Shown piece after piece: positions 24,721 through 36,582 of a stretch of 64,000 nt of DNA (the first letter of the stretch is position 1; every line of letters starts with the position of its first letter). Under the pieces are notes generated by a model. That model was not told the origin of the DNA. It did not search any database and was given only the letters and a program-made list of their open reading frames with translations. The DNA lies in NCBI GenBank assembly GCA_026770705.1, contig JANJGN010000039.1:8680001-8744000 (forward strand). Reading direction: 5' to 3'. Source of the DNA: Isurus oxyrinchus (lineage: Eukaryota). A program made the translations under genes and the position numbers.

Positions 24721-26260
24721 ACATTCCTCTGCCAATACGATTCATTCCACGTGATATCACGAAATGACTGAAGGCAGAGGATACACAAGGACAATGGGTC
24801 TTAACAATATTCCAGCAATATCACTGAGGACCTGTGTTACAGTACTTGTCGCGCCCATTGCTAAGCCCTTCCAGTACAGCGGCAAAACTGGCATATACCT
24901 GGATACATGGGCAATTGCTCAGGTACGCTCTGTCGTAAAAAAAACTGGGCAAATCCAACCCAATCAATTGTTGTACCACCAGTTTGCTTTCCACATGAAG
25001 TGGTGATAGAAGGCGTTATGAATATATAATGAAGCAGCGTTTAATTAGCAATAACATATTCGCTGATGTGTTTTTTTCTGCCCGGATCACTCAGCCCTTG
25101 AGCACAATACAGCCTTAGTCAAAGCATAGATACTGATTAATATTCAGAGACGAAGTAAGAATTGCTGCCTCTAGCATCAAGGCAGCATTTGACAGAGTGT
25201 GACATCATGACGCCCGAGAATATTTGGAGTCAATACTAAAGAGGGAAAAATTCCCGGTGGTTTAATTCATACCTAGCTCAAAGCAAGATATTTGTGGTTT
25301 CTGGAGGTCAATGGTCCCAGCCCGAGTGCATCACTGCATAAGTTCCATATTGTTGTGTCCTCGGCCAGCCATCTCAGCTGCATCATCAATGTCCTTATTG
25401 CCATCATAAGGTTACAAGTGGAGATGTTCACTGCACAATGTTTAGTGCCATTCGTGAGTCCTCAGACACTGAAGCAATCCAGATACAAATATGCCATCAC
25501 TTGCACAATATGCAAGCTTTGGCTTTCAAGTGGCAAGTAGAATTCACCGCACACAGTTGACAGGCAATGTCCCGAATCTAACAATGCCTTTGACATTGAA
25601 TGGCACTGCCATCGCTGTAGTCCACACATTCAACAGCGTGGAATTTATCATTGATCAGTGACTGAATTGGCTGCCATATCAATACCTCGGCTTCAATTAC
25701 CGGCCAGAGGCTAATACTACTCCGGCCAACAGCTCCCAGATCCTTGTCCACAATCTTGCGGGCACACGAGAGGTTTCTTATGGAATGCGTTGAACTTGCC
25801 TGGAGATGGGCAGCTCCAACACGGAAGAAGCTTGAAACCATCCAGGACAAAACATTGATTGGCACTATATTCACATATACACTCTCCCTCCAACACTGAC
25901 CCATAGTTACAGAGCTGAGTACTATTGACAAGATGGATCCAAGAAGGCGCAAGACCCTTAGACAGCCACAACTAAATCCACAACTGCTAGCATTTAGACG
26001 GACAAGAAAAGCAGATGCACGGGAAAACCACCGCCTGTGAGTTCCCCTTCAATCCACACATCATCATCAATTTAAAACATGTCACCTTCCATTTGCTGCA
26101 GCTGGCGCAGGAGCTGGGCGTCTCCCAGAACAGCATTGTGGGTTTACACACATCACAAGGAATGTAGCCGTTCATGAGGGCAGCTCACCAGACACCATGC
26201 CAAGTGCATTTATGGGTCGGCAAAAGCTTGATAACTTGGCCAGCGACGCCCAGGTAAGAG
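24720..26260 (+). mobile_element. Decayed LINE ORF2 with 3' tail (CR1/L2 group)
   Basis: IKAAFDRV reverse transcriptase motif near 25175, APTRKKLETIQDK, and the family tail ending ggccagcgacgccc. Confidence 0.75.
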
Positions 26261-29234
26261 GATTGCTTTAAAAAAAGGCATGTTTTCTTCTTACCCAGAG
26301 GTATGTGGGTGCCTTGAACTTACTGCCCGGAAAGGCAGCAGAGGAACAAAACCCACAACCCAATTAATGTATTGATATACACCTCAAGTGCTGTAAACAG
26401 CAGGGCTACAGATTGAGTTTGAAATTGGGATGAAGCTGGACAATTCATTTTCGGCCGGTGCAGACGCCATGTTGTAATTTTCAACAATTCTACGAAAAGG
26501 TTAATGATGGGCTCCATTAGATGCAACATATGACGTTCAATTATTACATGTGGATGATCAGAGAGGGAGCACAGCAGTATGAAATACTAAAAAGATGATC
26601 AAAACAATGGAGGAGAAGTAATACATGGAGAACAGATTCAGCAACACAGAACTACCAGTGCAGAAGCATATTTGAAACTAAAAACACTGTCAAGCAAAAA
26701 GGCTTTTGAGCGTAAATGAGTACGTGCTAAAAAGCTGAACCATAGAGAACAGAATCGAAGACATTTTTTCAAGCAAATTAGGATTAATAACCATAATGAT
26801 TGTAAAATTATATTTAAAAAGGAGCAAGCTATTTCACGAGAACTTAGAAGGAAGGCTGGTCTCTACGAGATTGGATAGCCTAGAATTCAGGGCTTAAGGC
26901 AAAACTCAACAGTAAGTACAATGACAGGAAAAGCAGGAATGATAAAATGAAAGAAATAATTATGCTCGGGAATGGGTCGAAATGGAAGGAAAAATAAAGT
27001 ACACAATTAAATTATGAGCGAATATATAAAATGAAGTTAAAATGCTCTACAGACAAATAAAAGTTAAACCAGATGCAGGAGCTGGAAAATAAAGTTACAT
27101 TTGAAAAATCTTACTGCAAATGATAAAGTTACACTCCGTCTAGCGGTATTTCACTCTCTCTTTCTCTCCCCCCACCTCCCTCCTCAACAAAGGTCTACCG
27201 TCTTATGACAAGATTATTGTCGTCTCATTTCGTCCGAAGGCAAACACGATCTCACAATCCCAACAAGCATGCTGAACATGTTCAATGTCACTAACTCAGC
27301 AATTATAACCCCAGTTGTCACATGAGCCTCTCTGTGGTTTCTATTCCTGCTTGTGTTTGTCGCTAAACAAGGTGAAAACGTATTGGTGATTCCAAGTTTT
27401 GCAGCAGATTTCCCTCCCCATCACACAACACATGCGAACATATGAAGATACGAATTAGGAACAGTAGTCCACTCGGCCCCTCGTGACTTCTTCACAATTG
27501 ATAATATAATGACTGACCTGACCATATCTTCATCTCTAAATTCCCTCCTACCATTGATAAAATTTCAACCATCTTGCCTCCCAGCAATTTATCTTGTTCT
27601 GCCTTAAAATATTACTGAGAAGTTCTGCTTCCACTGGCCTTTAAGGAAGAAAACTCGAATGGTGCGTGTTTCTTTCAGTGAATAAAAAAGCCTCCTTATT
27701 TCTATCTTACGGGATTGCCCCGTCATTTTCCTTTTATGTGAAAGGAGTGGAGAAAAAATGTTACATTTATGATTAAGGCATCTACAACGTTCCCATTTAC
27801 TTCCTTTCACAACCTAGGATTCAAACTTCTGCTCTTTGAGATTTTCCTCTCCCATGTGTCTATAATTTGTCTATTAATATTATTGTTGTTCACATTAACT
27901 TTGTTGAATCCCTGCACCTGATTCAGGAATAGTTTCCATGGGATCTCTGACAGGCTGATCTATTCCTCAACTTCAATAACTGAAACATGGTTACCATTCA
28001 GCGTGTCCGCTACCTGATTAGTTTCATTGACAGGAACATCATTCTCAGTTTTGAACTGACCAACACTGCTTACGCCAACCGTGCTTTTCCTAATATAATT
28101 GTAACATATTTGCATGCTGATTCAAATATCACAAGCAGCTTTCGTACCACACTCCATCCTTGTGTATGTTCTCCTCAGTTTGACTTTAGGTGAAGAGCTA
28201 CTGAGGCGTAGGCATAGGGTGTGTGTAAGGGTGATGGGGACAATAACTTTGATGCAGCAGATGGTAATGATTGGGAATTTGCTGCTTTTAAATGTAGAAG
28301 CAGATATAGTTATGATATCAAATAAACATTGTTTGGTGGAAATTAACATGCAGGACATGGGAATAGGGCGGAGGATGGGGCTACATCTATTGCCCAGGAA
28401 CTTGCATTGATGGAAAATCCGTTTGTCTTCTTTCTCTGTCCTAGTGACTCTACAATGGTGTCTCACAACGAGCAACACGCTTTTAGTTCCTCGAGGAGAA
28501 ACTCTGCGAACATCCCTCCTTCGCCCCCTGCAATCCTTTCCTCCTGATCGTTCTGTTTCATGTTCTCCTGCACAGCCCACAACAGAAAGGTGGCCTCGGT
28601 CCTCCTGCAGAGCCCTGGACTAAAGAACTGCAACACTGCCGTCAGCGCCTTCACTCTTCCACATTGCTCCTTTTCCTTTTACAGACAATCCATACAAGGA
28701 AACTCAGATTCAGCCTCCTGCAATAAGTGCAGCTGCGGTTTCAGCTACACTGCACCACTTAAATACACCTCAAGGCCCCCTCGACGACGTTCAGCAAGCG
28801 GCCAGCGAGTGGAGCTCTGGCCTGAAGCCTTCACTCAGGTAAATGAGATGCAGCAGGAAGTGAAACGCCTTCTGCCCCAATAAGTTCAGTGAGTGATGTC
28901 ACTACCCGATTGTGTGTGAATATGAAAGCAGCACACTCTCGGAGATTAGAATAAGGACACTTCAACTCCAGCATCCTGATACTAACTCTCAGCAAATCCA
29001 CTGATAATAATGAAAAATCTCATCTTGCGGATCGTTTTAATGCTCATTCAGCCCAGTGCCATTGCTGGAGCGATGTCCCCATTGACTCACAGAGATATAT
29101 GCTTCCACATTTCTCCGAGGACTCAGCAGCCAGTATTCTTAAAGATTGATTTTTTAAAAAAATATTCATAATTGAAAATCATGTTTTCATCTGCTGAATT
29201 AAGATGACTGTGCGTGAGGCTGGAAGATTTAATA

Positions 29235-29336
29235 TTAAACAGTGGAGGCCTCTTCTTTCCGACTGAGGGCTTCCAGGTTCAACGATATATAGTCTATCTC
29301 CTCATTGTCATTCGCTAGCACTTCAGAATAGAGTCT
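29235..29336 (-). other. Duplicated ITIM exon (paralog of 30579-30704), possible alternative last exon
   Basis: Same TCATCGCAG acceptor. Reads RLYSEVLANDNEEIDYISLNLEALSRKEEASTV*, and IDYISL still fits the ITIM consensus. Confidence 0.7.
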
Positions 29337-29399
29337 CTGCGATGAATGACACACAGGGAATAATTCCGCTGTGTGTTCAAAACGAGGCGGCCTGGCGTT

Positions 29400-29555
29400 A
29401 GATGTGTGACTGCTGTGAGAGTTGGAGTATACATTATCACTCCTCCTTTCCTGTTGCTAATTTGTCACGAGCTATCCTGATGAGCGTAAGGCGAAAAGCT
29501 GTGACAGTGGGTCTATTTTAGCAGCAGTACTCCAGTCCTGTGCTACTAAATGAGC
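29400..29555 (+). mobile_element. Short Penelope-type terminal fragment with hammerhead-like core
   Basis: CTGATGA (29477-29483), GC-gtaag-GC stem, GAAA (29493-29496) and palindromic AGCT. Confidence 0.4.
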
Positions 29556-29740
29556 ATTTATTGTAAGAACCTAATTGCTAACTATTCTGCTGAGCCTATC
29601 AGATGGACAATTGCCGACGAAAAAATTATGCTTATGGTTCCAACTTGGATATTTGTATCAAAGCGACACTGAAATTGTAACTTTTTGAATAATTTCAATC
29701 TGGATTATTGCCACCAAATATAGAAAAAGTTCATTCAAAG

Positions 29741-29746
29741 TTTATT
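29741..29746 (-). promoter_or_regulatory. Candidate polyadenylation signal of the ITIM receptor gene
   Basis: TTTATT on the plus strand is AATAAA on the minus strand, about 205 nt after the stop codon. Confidence 0.35.
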
Positions 29747-29952
29747 ATAAACACATTCAATGAGCGTAGAATATATTGCAACATGAAAAAGTGCTTCAAG
29801 CTGATATACGTACAAATTTATAACCTCTCAAAAATCTTTAAGTACCACAGTTCATACAGGTCCCGTAAGTGACGAAATTCGCACTTAGTCAAAGTGTTTT
29901 GGGAACATGCAGGCGGAACAGCTTACAGAGTCTAACGCGGTGCAGTGTCCAT

Positions 29953-30036
29953 TCATTGCGGTTTATCCGAGTCAACTCTCACAGGTGCGTAGGTGACATC
30001 TTGAAACTCGCTCTTTGCTAATTCAGAACGCTTCTT
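29953..30036 (-). CDS. ITIM-bearing receptor: terminal exon with second ITIM
   Basis: tttctttccttgcag acceptor, phase 0. Encodes KKRSELAKSEFQDVTYAPVRVDSDKPQ*; VTYAPV is an ITIM. Confidence 0.75.
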   Translation of the reverse strand, partial: KKRSELAKSEFQDVTYAPVRVDSDKPQ

Positions 30037-30154
30037 CTGCAAGGAAAGAAACACAATGGCACAAGTGGGTAAGATCACCTTTCTCTCGATTCGCCTTTTA
30101 TCGACCTCATGCTCTCCTCCCTTCCTCTGGCAATCCATTCAACTTCACCCCGAT

Positions 30155-30410
30155 GTTCTCTCCCCGTCTCTCTCACTCACTTTCTCCCTCTCCCATGCTA
30201 TCTCTCGCTCTCGCTCCCCAAGCCTCATGTTCTGTCTCTGTCTCTCTCATTGATTCCCTCCCTCTCTCACTCTCACATCCTCGACACCCCACCTCCATGT
30301 TCTCTCGCTGTCTCTCTTACTCACCTTTTCCCTCTCCCACGCTCTGTCTCTGTCTCTCTCTCTCTCTCTGCGTCTCCATGTCCTCTGCGTTTTTTCTCTG
30401 TCTCTGCATC
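30155..30410. repeat. Degenerate CT-rich low-complexity tract within an intron of the ITIM receptor
   Basis: Visible directly; source of the spurious Ser/Leu-rich ORFs. Confidence 0.8.
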
Positions 30411-30578
30411 ATTTTTATTTTCTTTGTATTTCCTAGGGTCCTGCTCTATTTTCCTTTACCCCCAGCTACAAACTTTTTGACATTTCCCCCCTTTTAGTTT
30501 TCTTTCTGCCTCTTTACGCCCACTTTTTCATCACACAAATCAAGCACCCACAGAACAGAAATGTAATTTTTTCCCTAC

Positions 30579-30704
30579 TTTAGCTGGAAAGTTGGCGCCT
30601 GGTTCACAGGTGGAGGCCCCATCTTTCCAACTGAGGGCTTCCAGGTTCAACGATGCATAGTTTAACTCCCCATTGTCGTCCTCTAGCACTTCAGAATAGA
30701 ATCC
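30579..30704 (-). CDS. ITIM-bearing receptor: first ITIM exon
   Basis: TCGCAG acceptor, 126 nt, phase 0-0, GTAGGG donor. Encodes GFYSEVLEDDNGELNYASLNLEALSWKDGASTCEPGANFPAK; LNYASL fits the ITIM consensus (I/V/L/S)xYxx(L/V). Confidence 0.75.
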
Positions 30705-30949
30705 CTGCGATGAATAACACACAGGAAATAATAAAAGCAAAGGGAACAAGGTGATCGCAACAGGCGCAAGCTAAATTTAAATTCCTGAAAGCTATATGTT
30801 CTTTCCATGACACAGAGCAGTCTAATACATTGATTTGAACAACATATAATTTGGATTGAGTCATAAGGACATGACGGGAGGAATGTAACAACGAAGATGA
30901 CATTTTGCAGATTTATAATATCATTGGTTAGAGCACTGTGGGCAATTCT

Positions 30950-31300
30950 GGGGAGGCAGTGGCCTAGTGACCAAGTGCTTGGAAAGGTAATTCAGAAGCC
31001 TTGATTAACACTTACTGAATTAACTGATCAGGTTCATCCAAGTTCACTTAATAAATGTGGAAATGGAATATGGCCTCATGAAGCTACCATTGTTTGTTCT
31101 AGCAGCCCATCTGGTTCACGCATGTCCTCGAGGGAAGGAAATCTGACGCCCTCACCTGGTCTGGCCCACCTGTAAGTCCAGACCTAAAAGCAAAGTGATT
31201 GGCCCTTACCTGCCCTCTGAAATGGCCAAGCAAGCCGCTCATTTTAAGGGTGATTTCGGGAGACCTTCATAATGGCACCCACAACCCATGAAAAACTTAT
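30950..31300 (+). mobile_element. tRNA-derived SINE, probably Deu-domain (SacSINE1-like)
   Basis: A-box-like TGGCCTAGTG head, then the body cccatctggttcac..agggaaggaaatctg..cctggtctggcc..gccctctgaaatggcc..caagcc, then a LINE-derived tail. Confidence 0.65.
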
Positions 31301-32222
31301 TTCTGAAACCTAAACACCAGACTTCAGGAATGAGATAATGACCTCAGAAAAAGGGTAAAACATAAGTCCGTTCATTGGTAAATTAAGTGGACATGGGGCT
31401 TCCTTGGAGATAAAATAAACTAAAACAAATGAGTCATCGCTTCGAACTGAGTTTAACTGAGATATGTTTCCACGGCGATGACATTTTCAACATAGTCGAT
31501 AGAGGGAAGACAATATTCCCGCTAACTACTGGACCATCCTACAACAGGGAGTGGACATTATTTGGAGAATTAAATAAAACTGGAGGGCAGAAGAGCATAG
31601 ATTGTTTTTACCTTGTTTTTCATTCAGAGAGTTGTTAGAATCTGGAGCATATCATCTGATAACGTGATTGAAGGCAATCCCGTGCAATGTTTCAAAAAAT
31701 ATTTTGAATGAGGAATTTACAGTGATATGGGCACGGTTCTAGCATGGAGGAGTAAGTGAGGCTGCTAGCCATTGGACGATGGGCAGAACGGCCTCCTCCT
31801 TGGCGGTTCGCTTCAACAATGGTGCGATCATGCACTGACTTATTGTTTCATTTCTTCTACCGAATGTTCCCTTTGAATTTCACTCACCCTTCCTCAGCCT
31901 GCCCCCTGTTCTTTTGACCCTCCCTATGTCACTCTCTAAGTCACTCTCGCGCCTCCTGTCTTTCATTGTGTTTCCAAATTTCAGGCTTTTCATCTTTTTT
32001 CTCGCTCTTGCTCGCTCTCCCACCCTTTTCCTCTGTCTCAATATTCATTCTCTCTTCCTTGATCTGCAATTCCGGGGTTCCCTGTTCACTTTTTGCCCCC
32101 TATACCTCACTCTCGACCTCCCACTCAGAATATCATACCTCCCACTCAGAATATCATATGTTTGCGTCCATTTTTCCGTGAGTTGGCTGAGAATAATAGC
32201 AATATTCAAAATAGGTGCTTAC

Positions 32223-32260
32223 GTTCATCTCCAGGTTGGAGGAACCACTCTGGTTAAGAT
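32223..32260 (-). CDS. ITIM-bearing receptor: cytoplasmic exon
   Basis: tctttccttttcag acceptor, 38 nt, phase 1-0, GTAAGC donor. Encodes (Y)LNQSGSSNLEMN. Confidence 0.68.
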
Positions 32261-32447
32261 CTGAAAAGGAAAGACAAGTGCATTTCTATTCAATTGTTGC
32301 ATGCTTTCATGGAGGGTAAATGGTCTAGCAAGTTCCTTGTCTATTGACGTTAAGCGGTGTTACAGATGTGTTGTTGTTTATAGGAATGACGTGAATTTCA
32401 ATTCCATTTCAAACACATGACTTGCAGGCAGCCAAACACTCCTGCTC

Positions 32448-32653
32448 TGCGGATACTGGTAATCTGAAACAAGAATAGAAAATCCTTGACAAACACTGAG
32501 CAGGTCTGACAGTATCCAAGGAGAGAAAGAAAAAGCGAACCTTTCGAATGCGTGTGGCTCTTTCCAGAGCTCTGAAGAAGAGACATACTGACTCCAAACG
32601 TTAACTGTCCCTTTCTCTCCACAGATGCTGTCAGACCTGCAGAGTCTTTTCCA
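32448..32653. mobile_element. Older palindromic Penelope-type element, related subfamily
   Basis: Imperfect inverted arms (gcaggtctgacag / ctgtcagacctgc) around cagagctctg; contains CTGAAGA..stem..aaacgtt. Confidence 0.6.
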
Positions 32654-33037
32654 CTTTTAAATAGATCCCGTATGTTTGATGTGCCAGCCCACGAATAATT
32701 CGATTCCCATATCATCCAGTTTTCCTGTAACCACGACTTTAATAGAACAGAATACTGGGTGTGTAGTATAACACTGTAAAATGGATGCAGTTTGTTTGAT
32801 GACCCATGAAAAATTTGATCCCCAAAGACCCATGTTTCTTGCAACCAAGTGATCAACAATCTTTAGAAATGTTTCTAATTCTATACTAGGTCTACCAAAT
32901 AAATTCTATTTAAATATAGAAGGGAGAATATTGGAAATAACTACATAAGCCATTCAGACAACCGTGACGGACAGTGTCAGAAAGAGCAATGATCCTTGAT
33001 CAAGAAATACAGTCAATGTCAACATTACTATACTTAC

Positions 33038-33090
33038 ACAGGAGATCACCATCTTGCTGATTTGCCATTCCACTTGCAGACGCTGTACAC
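33038..33090 (-). CDS. ITIM-bearing receptor: cytoplasmic exon
   Basis: tttctttcattttaaag acceptor, 53 nt, phase 2-1, GTAAGT donor. Encodes CTASASGMANQQDGDLL(Y). Confidence 0.65.
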
Positions 33091-33262
33091 CTTTAAAATG
33101 AAAGAAAGTTACTGATTTGTTAGAAGTATTCCCCCCAAAATCATGTTTATTTTCCAATGCACAAGTTTAAGAAAATATTTAACTTTTACTGAATTGAGTA
33201 ATATCGTGTGGTACATTTTGCTCACAACTATAAATACTGGAGAACTAAAGCAATGTCATTAC

Positions 33263-33290
33263 CTCTCAATATTTAGTCTTTTTCTCTTTC
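33263..33290 (-). CDS. ITIM-bearing receptor: juxtamembrane basic micro-exon
   Basis: ttttgctttattgcag acceptor, 28 nt, phase 1-2, AG|GTAATG donor. Encodes (R)KRKRLNIE(R), a stop-transfer cluster. Confidence 0.68.
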
Positions 33291-34294
33291 CTGCAATAAA
33301 GCAAAAAGTGGGAAAAATGTAAAGAACTTGATAAAGTTTTCCAAATGCTCAATATTCTATGGATTTAATGCATTGAAAGGTTTTATGAATTTGCTCCTAA
33401 TGTAATGAGGATATATGACTAATACACATGCTATGGTGTAGGAAACCATGAAATTAACCGATAATATCCACCAACCCAGTTTCCTCTACTTGCGTCTCAG
33501 TATCAATAGCTTCCACTTACAAATTCAGTGCCTGAAGGCAGTAAAATATCCCGTGTGCTCCAGAGCACTTGGGCTACACACATAAATAGCGTTGAAACAC
33601 GTAATTTAGTGTTGGTGTTTATAATCCAGATCTTGACACCTCACGTGATCTAATTGCCTCTTTCTAGCCTTCCCACTTATCACTCTCTCTATTACCCCTT
33701 CGCTCTTGAACACATCAGGTCCGCCTTTATTAATGGTGTTATCAGTTTTGACAAGAAAAGTATAAAAAAACAGAGAGAAATAAAGAGAAGACTTCGAGTT
33801 CTCGCCTTTCTTTGGGTGATGGAAGTGCTCCTGAATTGTTTTACAGAAGGAATGGATCAAAAGCGTTCTCGAAGTGATGCATTTTGTAGATGGCTTTAAC
33901 TTTTCGGAAGCTTCCAGTTAGCTAGTTAAGTTCTGAAAACTTTCGCTGAAGCACCACCATCAGTGATGAAGGCGAATGGCATGGAGTGGATTCTGTAGTA
34001 GGCACAGCTGTGATATGTGGCTGTGCGACTAGGAATGTTTCAGTCTTCCGATTGTTGAAAATGGAACGTGGCACACCAACGTGAAACGACCGGATGAATA
34101 GGGGGAACAGTTTGACATCTGTATATTGGCGAATGGAACAAAGAGCTATCTGCAGTAGGGAAGGTCAAACAGCAGGATCAGTGTGCAAGATGAGTCATAT
34201 TCGACTCGAAATGTTATCTCTGTTTCTCTCTCCGCAGGTGAAATCACAAAAGGCCGTGAAGAGGAACAAAAGTGATGATTTGTATTAGGGTGTA

Positions 34295-34840
34295 GGACAG
34301 AACACAAAAAAGGAGCAGAGGTAGGCCATTCGGCCCCTCTAGCCACCCGAGCCATTAAATAATATTATGGATGATTAGCGCCAGGCCTCAACTCCTCTTT
34401 CGTGCCAGCTCCTCATAGCCCTCAACTCCCCAATATTTCTAAAATCTATCTACATCATCATTAAATACTTTCTACGGTTTAGACTCCACAACTCACTAGG
34501 CTAGAGAATTCCAAACATTCACTACCCTCTGAGAGAGGAAATCCACATGCAGCTCAGTTGTAATTGAGTGGCCCCTTATGCTGTAACTATGTCTCCTAGT
34601 TTGAGATTCTTCCACGAGTGGAAACATCTTCTCAACATTGAAACTGTCAAGCCCCCTCAAAATCTTGCAGGTCTCAATAAGATCACCCCTCATTCTTCTA
34701 AACTCGAATAAATAAAGGCTTAAACTCTTTAGCCGTTCTCGATGAGTCAACACTTCGATCCCAGGAATCAGCCCATTGAATCTCTTTTGAACTGCCTCCA
34801 ATGCCAGTGTATTTATTCATGAATAAAGGGGACAAAAGAT
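34295..34840 (-). mobile_element. CR1 LINE 3' end
   Basis: ORF 34496-34801 reads EAVQKRF..RERLKSLSLY..EFRRMRGDLIETCKILRGLD..SQRVVNVWNSL, followed by the tail gggccgaatggcctac. Confidence 0.88.
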
Positions 34841-35719
34841 TACTAAGTCCACTAACAATGCAACTATGCTATCGCCTCCTCTGCAAAACAGCGAAGTGAA
34901 GCTGTTGCTAGGTCCCACTCAGTGCCCAGAGCAACATGTTTAATTTGAAGGAGTTAAGTGGAGTGGAAGCAAATGTTGTTTAACGTCACGGCGATTTGTT
35001 GGTCCTCCACACAAGGAGAAAGAATGGGGAGGGCTCACAGGCCGCCCTGGTGGCGAATTGACCTACAGAGTGATTGGACGTCCATGGCGAAACGGAAGCA
35101 GAGCCAGAAACTGTTGAAGAGACGGCGGGCATCAGCAGAGCAATGGATGTAGGTAGGGAGTGATGTATAAGAAATAAATAGAATCGAGATAGGAATAATT
35201 AAGCACAGTTGGTTAGGAGTAGTTTGAAACAGTAGGATGAAACCAGATACGTCGCCTTTTTAGATTGGGGTAGAGGTAGATACTGACTATTTAGGGAGGT
35301 TGGGCCATGTGATTGGAAGGCATGGAGGGGAGATCTGCACAGGAGATCAGGTCAGTGACGGCCCTAGATCGGGTGGCTTCATTTTATGAAGGAGTGCCAT
35401 GATCCAGGGGGCGGTAGAAGGCAGTAGTGGAGAGTTGGCCTTTCAACTCTGATATCGATATCCTATCCTGATACAAGAAAATTTGTTACGAGCTTGGCCT
35501 AAATTTTTGACTTTTGGTTTGGAGCTGACAGACCGGAGTACTGCTTGTTCAGCTTAATATCCCTGCAGAGAAATTGAAAAAGCTGCTGTCAATACAACAC
35601 TTCCGAATGAGAAGCTCAATGCAATATTCGGCCAAGGGAAGGTGTCAGATGTAAGTTTGTATGTCCATTTGAATGTTGAGGTCAAAATATATTGAGGCTT
35701 CTTGTCAAATTTCTCCTTT

Positions 35720-36110
35720 CAACTCATCCTCCCATGGGATGTCGTTTTCCCTGGCAATGCCTGAGTTTGTTGCTCATGCCTCATTGCTCTTGAACCGAAT
35801 GTCTAAGCAATTTCAGAGGACATTTAAGCGTTAGCAATATTGCTGTGTGCAGGAGTCACATGTAGGCGAGATCAGGCAACGATGGCCGAGTTGCTTCCCT
35901 AAAGAGCATTACTGGACCATTTTAAAATATATACATATATAAATTGTATTCGATTGTAGATTCCTGGATAGCAGTACTGACACTGACTTAAAATTCTAAA
36001 ATTATTAATAGGTTTACCTCAAACTCCAGCAGCTGCCGTGGTGGAATCTGAGGCCGTGCCACAAGCCTGGGCGTGTGGTTTATGACCCCTGCCGCAAATT
36101 ACACTCTACG
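35720..36110 (-). mobile_element. Decayed SINE of the same type
   Basis: Reverse complement of the body at 31100-31250 (atttcagagg..gagtcacatgtaggc..cttccctaaag), with a B-box-like region near 36040. Confidence 0.55.
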
Positions 36111-36486
36111 CCGGTTTACCAGGAGTTGAAGCGGTGGCCGTTTCTGAAGACAAAGCCAGAGAGGGCAGGTGAGAGCAAACCGTAAGTACCCAAGGAGTGG
36201 GGACATTCGATGGGGTGAGACGAAAGGGAAGGGGCGTGGAATCGAGACGGTCACTGTTGTCCGCCAGTAATGAGGGTGATGTTCCAGTTGCTTTACTCAC
36301 ATCCTCTGCATGAAAGTGACCTTTCAATTAAGACAAGGCCTCATTCCTCAACATGTAGTCATCCATAGCTGCTGACAATTTTAATGCTGCAGTTGAGTTT
36401 AGGGTTGTTTGCAGGTTCCCGCCAACGTTTCCTCCTTTTTTCATGAAAAATGGTAGTTATTTTTTTTTTTCTTGACGAACACTTAC

Positions 36487-36582
36487 TTCTTCTGGCGAAC
36501 AAGCACGCCGTCATTGCCACAAACGTTGCCAGGATTATTTCGACTGCACTCCCCAGGACAGCAATTAGAGGGAAAGTGGTCC
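36487..36582 (-). CDS. ITIM-bearing type I membrane receptor: transmembrane exon
   Basis: CCAG acceptor, 96 nt, phase 1-1, GTAAGT donor. Encodes TTFPLIAVLGSAVEIILATFVAMTACLFARR, a hydrophobic helix followed by basic residues. Confidence 0.72.

Noticed and set aside
26550-27120. A-rich, coding-like stretch
   Set aside because: No sustained ORF or recognisable motif; probably a decayed element I cannot assign.
30015-30497. Hydrophobic Ser/Leu-rich ORFs, also at 1148-1361 and 31914-32264
   Set aside because: Translations of CT-rich low-complexity DNA; two of them lie in introns of the minus-strand gene.
32116-32157. 21-bp direct repeat as a CRISPR-like unit
   Set aside because: Two adjacent units with no spacer, a simple tandem duplication. 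The window shows no CRISPR array, operon or other prokaryotic signature.
36301-36320. Possible extra 20-nt exon (SHFHAED) of the ITIM gene
   Set aside because: Weak acceptor, and its phase 1-0 breaks the otherwise consistent exon chain.
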